This document shows positions 1 to 11,400 of a DNA stretch of 64,000 nucleotides, piece after piece (within the stretch, counting starts at the first letter, position 1; every line of letters begins with the position of its first letter). Below the pieces are notes generated by a model, which searched no databases, had not been told where the DNA came from, and saw only the letters and a list, made by a program, of their open reading frames with translations. The translations under genes and the position numbers were made by a program. The stretch is from Gordius albopunctatus. Its lineage: Eukaryota. Where the stretch lies: the NCBI GenBank assembly GCA_964276515.1, contig OZ193909.1, positions 6,882,001 to 6,946,000 on the forward strand. The letters are read 5' to 3'.

Positions 1-1623
1 TTGTGCTTCAATTTCGAAACCACTTACCGACTTATTAAACAATGATGAGAAAGATATTAAAATAACGGAGGTAGAAATGAATTCATTTAATCTCTTAAAA
101 CAAATTATAATTAAAGCAACCAATTTAGGATTTTTGAAATCAAACAGTTGGTTAACATTAACCACAGATGCTTCGAACATAGCAGTTGGGGGAGTTTTGC
201 ATCAGGTAAGCAATCACAAACAAGAACCATTAGCCTTTTTTTCTCAAAAATTATCAGCAGCTCAAGCACGCTATAGTACATTTAGTCGAGAATTACTAGC
301 TATTTTTTTTGGCGATTAAACATTTCAAACACATACTAGAGGGACGCAATTTTACTATATTTACGGATCATAAACCTTTAATTTATTCTTTCCAGGCAAA
401 AATTGATCGTTATTCACCCAGAGAAATCCGACATTTAGATTTTAGATTATGTCTCTCAATTCAGCACTGACATTCGCTTTATAAAGGGTAATAGTAATAT
501 TACAGCGGACACACTATCTCGATCAGACATAACTTCTTTAACTTTACCTATTTGTCCGAATGAGATTCAAATAGTCTTGAACCAAATGAATGATACTGAG
601 TTATTGCTCAACACTAAATCTTTACGTCTCGTAAAATTAAAAAGCCCTGGTTGTCAAGACATTCTTTGCGACATATCGACAGGTTCACCTCGACCACTTA
701 TACCAACAAAATAAGAAAGTATTTCTTCGATCTCTTTGACTCTCTTTCACATCCCGGGATTCGAGCAACTCAAAGACTAATTACTCGCAGCTTTGTGTGG
801 CCCTCGATGAATAAAGATATTCGGAATTGGACAAAAGAATGCATAAAATGTCAAAAGTCTAAAGTGAACAAACACACAATTACCTCACCTGGCACTTTTG
901 ACGACACCGACGAAAGGTTCAGATACCAATCAACGATATATCAGCCGAAAATTTAGCAAGAATATTTATTCAACATTGGATTGCCAATCATCCACATTAG
1001 GATTTGACCATATCAAAACTACAGCCTATCACCCGTGTCCTAATGGTTTAGTTGAGCGCTTTCATAGGCAATTAAAAGCTTCCATCATGACACAAGAAGA
1101 TACGACAAAATGGAGTGAAACACTACCATTAATTCTTCTCAGCATTAGGTCGACAATCAAAGAAGATATCGGATACACCCCTTCGGAAATGGTTTATGGG
1201 ACGACGTTAAGGTTACCAGGGGAATATTTTCAAAAATCGTTCATAGACTCATCAAAACCAGGTTATGTAATTAGACTTAAAGAAATAATGCAAAATCTAA
1301 AATTTTGCCCTACCAGAAGACATGATAAGAAGGAATATATCCCTAACAATTTAAAAACATCAGATTATGTTTTTGTGCGCAATGACACGGTCAGAAAATC
1401 TTTACAACCCCCATATGATGGAGCCTTTAAAGTACTAAAAAGGAGAAAGAAATTTTTCATAGTGGAAAAGGGTAATAAAGAGGAAACCATATCACTTGAC
1501 AGGCTTAAACCAGCATGGATCGAAACAAAAGAAGATTATAGTAACACTTTACCTGTTCAACAACAAATTTCTAGACATGGAAGAACTATAACTATTCCAC
1601 AAAATTTTTCTTATAAATTATAA
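1..1623 (+). mobile_element. Ty3/Gypsy LTR retrotransposon pol remnant (RNase H + integrase), frameshifted
   Basis: Motifs LTTDASNIAVGGVL, LAFFSQKLSAAQARYSTFSRELLAI and FTDHKPL (RNase H); HPG..C..C zinc region; NGLVERFHRQLK; GPY/F-like LQPPYDGAF. Split over frames, with part of the integrase core missing. Confidence 0.92.
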
Positions 1624-1642
1624 TGTGAATATATATTTTTTT

Positions 1643-1852
1643 AAGAGGGGGAGTATCTGTAGGGAAACAAATTACACTTACCTTGGAAAGATTTGGTTAT
1701 AATACATAGAAGGTGAAAATAGAAAGAATACAAACACAGAATCAACTTTCATTTGAATGTTATCGTTATCTATCGCTATATAAACTCACTCTTTTATAAG
1801 TTTTGGATCATTGTTCTTTTATCGTGTAATAAATTATATTCCTCCTCTCTCA
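1643..1852 (+). mobile_element. Polypurine tract and probable 3' LTR of the Gypsy element
   Basis: AAGAGGGGGAG tract at ~1643-1653 after the pol stop; TG start at 1658; TATA-like box at ~1778; AATAAA at ~1828; CA at 1851-1852. The right end is approximate. Confidence 0.6.
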
Positions 1853-2391
1853 CTAAAAAGTGTAAATAAAAAACCTGTTAGGCAAAATATTTAATATTCA
1901 TTTTGTGAACATATTTTTCAACAGTATTATATGTGCTAAATTTAATATGCAATAAACTTTTGATCTTGCATTGTATATTAGAAGGAGCAAAAAATTATCT
2001 AATTTTATGGTTCAGTCATTACGAAAATAAATTTTATTATATATAATAATTATTTAACACTTCAAATCTGTCTGGTATTTGATTTAATTAACATATATCC
2101 CAAATACATTTAATCATTTTTACTAACTTGTATTTTTTTATTTGAAGAAATAAACCTCAAATAATATAGATAGTAAGGAATGGCAATTAATAAAAAGGTT
2201 TTATTAAAATGCTTTATAGGATTTATAAGTATATTTTTCACATTGTACCATTATACATAACATATTTTGAGGAAAAATAGCAGTTTACATATTGATAATA
2301 AATAAAAAAGATTCATTATTTGAACAAGTTATAGGTGTAAAGAGTATTTATACTATAACTTTATTAAAGGGCATTTTTTAATTTCACAAGA

Positions 2392-2712
2392 CTAGTATGA
2401 ATACATACCTTTAGTGTTCAAATAATATTGATACAGAGAAAACAGAAGGGTGACTACATATATAGCAGCAGCAATAAAACAATTGTAGGCATTCACTTTA
2501 TAACCTTCATATAATTTTTCAAGTGTCCAATGTTTAGCATCGATAGTTATGTCTTCACTTAGACTTGGACTTCTGACATAGAAAAATATCCCTAATAAAA
2601 CCTAAATTAATTAAAAAATATTATGCTTTATAAAAACCAGCATTATAATTCCCCAAACGCTTATAATTGAGCAACATATGGAATATTTTGGACCACAAAC
2701 TTTTAAACGCAT
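2392..2712 (-). CDS. RNASEK: Ribonuclease kappa / V-ATPase subunit f (94 aa, 2 coding exons)
   Basis: Exons 2712-2638 (MRLKVCGPKYSICCSIISVWGIIML) and 2601-2392 (VLLGIFFYVRSPSLSEDI...AYNCFIAAAIYVVTLLFSLYQYYLNTKGMYSY*), joined by a 36-nt GT..AG intron. Matches the CGPK..S.WG.IML / LGIFF / YNCFIAA signature. AATAAA follows the stop. A probable 5'UTR intron lies at 3010-2741. Confidence 0.93.
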
Positions 2713-3708
2713 ATTTCAAAGGTTATTATAATACCATTTACTGCATTTTAGGACAATTTACAGATGATAGAATAAATTAAGATCGCTTCAATCCGACCAC
2801 TGGCCGAAGACATTATTACTTATTTTTATTTTTTATCAACCAGAAAATTGTTGCCTGTTCCATGGTATGTATGCGTTTATGTAGGTATTTATTAAAAATT
2901 TATCGTAATTTACGAATTTTTTACCATTAATAACTTGAAACAAACTGTTTGAAGGCTCAATATCTTTCTATCAAACCCGAGGAGGCTCAATAATTAGAAA
3001 TTAACCTTACCTCACCCGCCACCTTGTTTAAATTGCCCTATTAGACCCATCCCTATACATCATTTTTATACCCCAGTTTAAAATATACGCCCAAAATTTT
3101 CAAATACCAAACAACATATATTTTTTTCGTGATATCTATCATAAATAACAATTTATGATCAGAATAAAAATTATGGTCATATCTTCGGAGAACAAATAAG
3201 ACTTTTTCTAGTAATCTTATAGCTGTTAAAAATTTTATTTATGCTAAATTTGTTATAAAGTAATATTATCCCTAACTACCCATGTTCTCGTAAAAGAACA
3301 TTGTCATTAATTAAACATATCTTCATTCCACATAACAAGTTAAGGCAGTTCTGAGGGGCAATACATTTTGAAAGATTGCTAATTGATAGTTTTATTAAGC
3401 AAGGAACATAAATTTTTGAATTCCCCTGGATATTATAGATTTATCTAAAGAGGCGATGAATTGCTAATAAAGTTTTCAATTTTTAAAATAAAGACTCAGT
3501 CTGTGTATATTTAATCTATAGGCCTGCAAAGTCCCTTTTTTTAACCCGAACCTGACCCGTCTTGAAAGCGTTTTAATCTATAAATTTATGTAAACGATTT
3601 GTCTTAATTATGTTTAAGTATTTTTGCATCCACAATTTTGGGTCAAATATATAATTTCGACTCAAAAACTCATCCATTAACATGTTCCCATATTAGTTAT
3701 TTGTGGCT

Positions 3709-4360
3709 AGTGATGCGGAAAATCCGACTTTGAAATTTTGCGTCGAGATCGTGACCAGAATTTCGATCTCGAGACGAGATTCTAAAATATCTCAATTGAT
3801 TATCATAATGTATACAGTGAATTTATTTGTTCCTTTGTAATTCACATTTAGGTAGTTTAGAGTAAATTAATATAATTTGACTACTTTCATTATTAAAAAA
3901 ATACCACACCCAATTAGCCGTTTATAATTTAAATTTTAATAATTTTAGCTCATTGAAATATGAGTGACCCTTAAGACATAAAATAATTTTTCAATATATA
4001 TCTTGCATAATTATATTTTTAGCATTAAAATAGAATTCAAACATATTGACTAAAATTGAGTTAAATATTCCTAAAGCATTTTCAAATTTCGCAACAATCA
4101 AATCATCCTCTCCGATTATAATATTTTGAATCGGTGGTTAATTAATCTAAATAATTATTAAAATTTGGCTAAAATTGTTTAAAAATTTTAGAGCACCCAA
4201 GCTACTTCAATGCCTCTCGAACCAATGCTTTCAAATGCATTATGCTAAATCATGAGACTACCAGGAGTTTGTTCAGCATGAACTCATGGTACACATCTGA
4301 AATTCTCAAGTCATAAATAACATTTTGACTTTATTTTACCATTAGCACTACTTTTCACAG
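3709..4360 (+). mobile_element. Degraded hAT element fragment, interrupted at 4361 by another hAT
   Basis: Starts TAGTGATG with CGAGA-type subterminal repeats; a degenerate ATS.P.E dimerisation-like motif lies at ~4200. Confidence 0.45.
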
Positions 4361-5728
4361 TCCGCCTCTGGATTTCGAATCGAATATTTTTAATGTTCGA
4401 TTCAAATTCTATTTTTTTTTTCGAAAAATATTCGATTCGAGATTCGTCGAATATTAAAATCAGGTTTCGAATTCGAATCAAAAAAATTTAAGGATTCGAA
4501 ATCGATTCGAATATATATTAAGACTTTTTTAATAATTAAAAACACATTTAAAGGCTACTTCATTTTTAATTTGCACATACATTTCAAATTTTTTTTTGAA
4601 AGATATTAAAAAAAATACACTCATTGAAAATAAAAATATTAAAGGCGAACAAAAACTATGGTGATATGTATGAAACAACCAAGAACCGTTTTTAGCCAAC
4701 TTTTACGGCAAATTATTTTCCTAACACTTTACGATTGCTTGTGTTGGGTCAATAAATTGGTTCCGGTTGAAAATATTCTTTCGACGGAATAAATGATCCA
4801 GGTATAGAGAAAAGATTTTATGCCAATTTTTGGATGGCTGGAAAACGACGTTGATTCAATTTCCACCATTATAAAGGATTTACATTGGAGGCCACACGTG
4901 GTTTGCGCAAAAATGTCTCCAATGAAGACTTTGCCGTGCCGCTCTTAATTGACGATCCAGTTTTGAAGTTTCCAAGTGATCTTTAATTTCTCTATAGGAT
5001 ATGCCATGTACTGTTGTTTTAAACACCTTAATTTTAAGCCTTAAATCGACGACACTCGCTATCGCTAATAAGACTATCTTCTTATTGAATGCCATATATC
5101 TTCTATTTTCTGCTTGGCCATTTTGACAGCATGATCTTCTATGCCTGGTTGATAATATAGCTGTAATACCAAGATTGTGAGATTTGCCCCCCGGATATTA
5201 AATTAGTCGCACGGGAAAAAGGATCAATTTAACCTTTTTAATTTGTTTTAATTTAATGTTGGATCAAATCCAATGCCTGCCTTACTAAAATAGCCTTTCC
5301 TATCATTATATAGGTGCTGTTCCACCTGAATACTATGTCAAGTTTTGCCTTTATGTAATTAATTGGTGGGTCAAATTCTTTACATATAGCCTTTAATCAT
5401 GTAATATATTTGGGCTGTGTTGCAATTTTTATCAAAGTCCATAATTTAATTAAATTGTGATTCACGTTACCCATAACTTTTGTAAATTTGAAAAATTTTA
5501 CATTAAACTGTTTCAAATTGTAGCAGGAAAAATAACTAAAATGCGGTAAGATAAAAACAGCTAAATATTTAAATGTCGTCTATTTAAATTAAACTCTAAA
5601 AAAACAAAATTCTATTTTTTGAAGGATTCGATTCGGATTTCTAATCTTAGCAGCGTAAATATTCAATTCGAACCTACACATATGGATTCGAATTTGAATC
5701 CGAATCTTGAATATTTCCCACAGGCGCA
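4361..5728 (-). mobile_element. Internally deleted hAT transposon with 8-bp TSD
   Basis: TSD TTTCACAG at 4353-4360 and 5729-5736; imperfect TIRs TCCGCCTCTGG / CCACAGGCGCA; TTCGA subterminal repeats. Minus-strand remnants RWNSTY, ASVVDLRLK, WWKLNQRRFP and ERIFS. Confidence 0.85.
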
Positions 5729-6044
5729 TTTCACAGTATAAAGGTGAAATCGGCAAATGAACTCTAATCCATTAAAATTATGCGATTTTGCACTACACTA
5801 AAATATATGAGCACATATATTAATAAAAAAATTTGTGGCTCAATTATTTAAAAAATGTTTAAGATATGTTTGAGCCAAATCGGTCCAGTAGTTTTTGAGT
5901 TTGTTTTATATGTTTTGACGTTTAATAGAATGTCAATCAAACGCAACCTCATGACGTACTGGTTATCTAAATGAAACTATGTTAGTGTGATAAATGTAGG
6001 CATGTGCTGCGGAAAATGGAAACTTTTTACGATTTGAAACATTA

Positions 6045-6827
6045 AATCAAAGCATGGGCGTAAGCAGGTTTTGAATTAGGGGTGGGGGGCAGATTAAAAA
6101 AAAAAATTCTCGACTATCCAAAAATTTTCCTGAGAGCAAAAAAAGGTCTTCGACTACTAAATTCCTAGATTTTTCCTGAGACCCGCAGGGAGTAGCGGCC
6201 CTCCCCTGACTAATTTGGGGGAGGGCAGCCGGCCTTCCCTGGTTATTAGGGGGGGGGGGCAAAAAATAATTTTTACGGATTTTTGTATTGAAAAAATACC
6301 CCCCTCCCCTGGGTACGCCCACGAATCAAAGATATTTTTTTGCTTATTTTTCACGTCAATTATTATTATTATACGACGGTCGTGTCTCCTCATGCGTGGC
6401 TAAATAAATTAAAAAAATCTAATTTTGTCATTTTTTGCGCGTTAAATAAGGAGAAAAATAAAAATACAATTAACAAAGTGCCAATAAATGTTGATATATC
6501 TCAGTTCTTCGCACATTATTAAGTTCAGAATTAAAAGTTTTATTCAGAAAGAAATAATTATAATATTGTTTCTTAATTACAAAAAAATAAAAAAAATTGC
6601 TTGAAGGGCCAGGGGGCTAAAGATTTTTCCCTTGGGGGCATGGGGGCAGGTTTTCTCTCTTGGGTGGCCCTGGGCCTTGGACCCTCTTTAACTATTTGTT
6701 TAAAAATTATCAAACTTTATTTTTACTTTCAATAACCGCTTTATCATCATATATACCCTAAAATTCCAACATAATTTAATACAATCCCCGGCTAAATGGC
6801 AAAACAACGTTTTCCGGGTTCACCTAG
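6045..6827 (+). mobile_element. 3' part of a non-autonomous Helitron (family B) containing a hAT MITE (6053-6323)
   Basis: Ends ...CAACGTTTTCCGGGTTCACCTAG|T. Similar to the inverted copy at 44481-45205. Internal MITE CATGGGCGTA...TACGCCCACG has TSD AATCAAAG (6045-6052 / 6324-6331). Confidence 0.75.
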
Positions 6828-7036
6828 TAACTTATAAAATTCATAAAGCCGATAAAAAAAATTTTTCATGGTAAAAATAAATCTAGGCCACTGATCATTA
6901 CATATAGGCATTGTAACGATCTTTAAAAATTTCAATTAGCCGTTTGTCATTTGACACGGATTTTCAAAATAAAATCCTACATAGTATATATTGTAATCGG
7001 ATTAAATACTTTTGAACTTTAAGAATTGTTTATTCA

Positions 7037-7191
7037 CATGGGCGTAGCCAGCAATAGAATTATAGGGGGGGGGGCAATAATGATTATTTTTTAAATTTAA
7101 TCATAATTTTAATAAATTTCAACAAATTTTTGGATTTAGAGGGGGGCAGGCGCCCCCCCCCCCGCCTCCCGACACCTTGGCTACCCCCATG
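7037..7191. mobile_element. hAT-type MITE (CATGGGCGTAGCCA family)
   Basis: TIRs CATGGGCGTAGCCA / TGGCTACCCCCATG; 8-bp TSD (T/C)TTATTCA. Relatives at 23129-23299, ~25690-25820, ~39420-39502, ~41734-41898 and ~62152-62240. Confidence 0.85.
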
Positions 7192-8483
7192 CTTATTCAA
7201 TTAAAATATACCTACGATTTGCCTATGGGGTATGCGACCTTAGAACCAGGTTTAAATTACCTTCGGCTTAGAATGCGGTTTAGGTTAAAGACTTCGATAA
7301 TAGGCAAAAATATTTAATGTCATTATACCTCAAGACAAGGACAAGACAGAGAGAGGATGCCGATTTGACAATTTTTAGGGGGATTGGAAACAGTCCCTTA
7401 AAGATTCGTTTCACATAGATGTGACTCTTCTAGGATGCCCTAACACTCAGTTTTAATGAGCTAGACTTTACCTTGCATAGATTTTCTTTCTTAATATTAA
7501 AATGTTATATATTAATTGCTATGCATTTTATGGGCTCGCTTTTTTTTATTATAATAAATTCCAATATAAGCCCTTTAAAGCCAGTTTTTAATTGTAAAAC
7601 CCCTTAAATGATTATGGACTTCTACACAAGATTCAGGATTAACATAAAATAAATTGCATAGCAATTAAAAGTATAGAGAAAAAAGTAACGATAAGTTTGC
7701 CAATCACTCGTAATATTTATCAATTCTTTATTTATTTAAATACCTGATCATAAATTACCGCAATATATTTCCATAATCTATAAAAAATTCTTAATTCATA
7801 CTTTAAAGAAGTTAATTATATATCAAATAGTCACGTTGTAAAATACTAATTTAAAGATCTAATAGGTTAGGTCTAAAAACATTAAGGACACGGTAAATAT
7901 TATTTATCTCATATAGAAGATCATCAACATGAAAGGCATTATTACCTAGGGAAGAGATGTCAATTCATATAAAAATAGCATATAATATTATGATGATAAT
8001 TTAAATAACGAAAATGATATAAGGCAAAAGATTGATCGGCTTAGCCGTCAAATAATTCAACACGCCAGAGTAATAAAGTAATAAATAAATCATGGGAAAA
8101 TTAAATTAAAAATACTACACATGATATGGAAGTAAGGGGGGGGGGGGAAAGTAGACCGACTAAAAAGGCTTAGTATATAGCGATCGCGTGTGAGTTTAAA
8201 AAAAATTACATGCTCTAGCACAGTGGCTATGAAAATTGAAAGTATGAAGTGGAATTATCATAAAATGTAAAACATCACATGCTATGGTATAAAGAGTGAG
8301 CACAAGGTGGAATTCAGATAAAATGTAAATTTCTTAAGTAATCATAGCAAATTTGGCTCGGTATCTCAAATTTTTAAACGAGTGTGCATTAGGAGGGTGC
8401 ATATATAGAAAATTGGCTGTAAATGGGCAAGTATGGTTTAATTTTGTGTATCACCACCACCTTTCAATGTGGAATTGGACGAT

Positions 8484-11400
8484 TTAGTTGTCCAATAGTT
8501 GGGGAGAAACGTGTTGCTCGGGCTGGATGAGAGCTTGTTTGTTATCCTATAAAGTACAAGCTTTAACAATAGATTACATATAAGATTGAAATAAATTTCA
8601 ACATTGAGAAATTAGAGATACTGGGCCATTCCATGACAGATCAAAACGTTTTCGATCGACCATTTCAGATCAAGATAATTTATGGTGAGGGTGTAGGCCT
8701 CATTTATTAGAGTAATTTCCGAAAATATTAGCCATTTTGCGCCAATACTTTTTAGGTTATGGAGGTTTTAAGGGCCAAAATTACGTTCGGGAGCCTTTTA
8801 TGGATTTTACGATTTTTGTCATATTTTTGAAAGTAATTGCGTTATTAACTCAAATTTTGATGCATTTTGTTCCTAAAAGAATTCTTTATCAAAATAATTT
8901 AGCTAGAAACCACAAACATTTGCGGTTAATTTTCTGTGGTCAAATCATTGAAAAATTTTAAAAACATATTTATCCTTTAAATGAAATCACCAATTTCACA
9001 ATGTGCACTCCTTTATGACCCATAATCATATATTGATCATAAAAAGTTTGGGAGCGGCTACGAGATGGTCAAAAATTAGAAAAATTACATTTCCCCTAAA
9101 AATATTTATAGATGGCGGCATGATCAATTATCACAATGACATATTATGATGCTTGTTTATTATCAAATTGCAAATTTATAAAGAATATATGGTAAATAAA
9201 TAATATTGGAATAAAAATAAACTTAAATTTTGATCTATTTTTTCTGTGCAATGGACAATTAACCGAGTTTAAAAATTAGATCTTAAATTTTAACTTTAAT
9301 GATATAGGGAGGGGTAGACTAAAATTAATGTGAGGTTGAAAAAAAGATAAATAATAATAGGATGGCAAAATTGCTCATATATTTCTAAATATAAAAAATT
9401 TATGCAAAATGAAAGTTGTTTTAAAAAATTTTGCTTGCTAGTTGTGACCCTTTTTAATTTTAATTATAATTAAATTCATTTTCAAACTCGGTTACTTGCC
9501 CATCGCGTAGATAAAAGTTCAAAATTTAAGTTGATTTTTAATCCAATATTATTTATTTACCATAATTATTATTTATATATATAAAAATCTAAGTACCGTT
9601 TTTTTGTGCGCTAATAACTTTTGAAGTTCTCAACCGATTGCCACCAAATTTGGTCAGATTATTGCCTTAGCATTGTAGATGGTTTGTAAACACTTTTTAT
9701 CACACTACGACAGCGGGAACCATGTTTTTTAATTTGGTTGGCGCCATCTAGCGGATTATTTATACTGCGTTGTTTGTACTTATTTATCGTTATGGTGCTA
9801 CTTTTTGCCTTAAACTTTTTTCCATGATTGCTTTGTCATTTGTTTCTCAATTTTTTACTCAACTACGCCCGTTTTCTTTACAATATATAAATCTGTAACC
9901 AATAAATATTCTAGATACCGTAATATATCACCATATACTTAAATAAATATAACGCGCGCTTTTAGAAACATTCCCACGTTTCGTGATTTTTTTCCATTTT
10001 TACGAAGTTCGAAGTAATATTTGCACATTCCCACGTTTCTGATCTGTGACAGGATAAGGTAAGTTTATCATATTTAAAATCCATATATTTAATATAATTA
10101 AATTTTAATGGCAATGCAATGCTATCTTAAATGCTAATTTCATATTTATATCTTTTTAATATCCCAAAATGAAATAGCCGTGGCTCTTGCATCTTCCGGA
10201 ATAGCTGCGACATTGTTGCCTGGTGGTAAAACTGCACATTCTGCTTTAAAATTGCCTTTAAACATTCATTATAGTGAAACTCCCATGTACAACTTTCCAC
10301 GAGCATCTGGAATGGGTAAAGTATTAGAAAGGTGCAAACTTATCGTGTGGGATGAATCCACAATGGCCCATAAAAAATCTTTCGAAGCTCTAGATCGTTC
10401 TTTGCAAGATTTGCGGCGCGATTCCAAACGTTGTTGAGGCCACGATTTTGACTGGACCTTTCACGGGAGAAGATGTCTTCATACCACGGATCCCTTTAAT
10501 TCCAACAGATATGCCCTTTGAATTTAAAAAATTGCAATTTCCTTTCAAACTCGCATTTGCTATAACCATTAACAAAGCTCAAGGCCAGTCCCTTGAGCTT
10601 TGTGGAATCGATTTAGAAACAGATTGCTTCTCACATGGACAATTATATGTTGCATGTTCGCGCGTCGGCAATCCACTAAATCTCTATATATACACAGAAA
10701 ATAACATGACCAAAAATATTGTCTATCCCCAAGCATTATAGCAATTTGTTCCTTTCTAAGGCAGAAGTTAAGCTGCGAAGCATCTCTTACCCGAACCTAC
10801 AACCCTCTTTATAACGCCTCACTACTTTTCTGCATGAATAATTAAAGTTAGTTTCATTTCTATTTATCCACTTATAACTTTTAGCAATTAGCATCAAAGC
10901 CCATTGATTTTATATTTCTTTTAGCATTTCTCCCCTTTTTATTACGCCAGAGTATTACAACCAAATTTGACGAGACATTCACAAGAAGATATAATACTGT
11001 ACGTGTATTACCTTATTCTTCATAAGACCTATAATTGATTTACCCTTTATCCATCAACTTTCCCTTGCAGGTTTTATTTTACTATTTACATCATTTTTTA
11101 CATTATACTTTCAGCCAAAATCTTCATGCAGCTCTTTATTACCCATACATGATTATAAGCTTTTTATATTTTAATGCTTATATACTCTTATGAATTATTA
11201 ATAAATATTTTATATCGCTCTTAAATGAATATTATGGATCTTTATTTGCATTAGCATTCGGACCTTTCACATTATAAATTATTTCATATATGACCCCATT
11301 TTAGATAAGTCTTATTATTAATAGGTTATACTTATTTAACCACTTAAGGACTGAGCCAAAGCAACGCTTGGCCGGGCACAGCTAGTTCTTTATAAATTTG

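Noticed and set aside
2760..3000. Small RNA (Sm-site-like AATTTTCTGG on minus) in the RNASEK 5'UTR intron
   Set aside because: No recognisable snRNA, SL RNA or snoRNA structure; a short motif only.
6047..6522. Cluster of short ORFs
   Set aside because: They lie within MITE/Helitron sequence with G/C homopolymers; no protein motifs.
10180..10741. Host PIF1 helicase gene
   Set aside because: Fragmentary, multicopy and enclosed by Helitron TC/CTAG ends.
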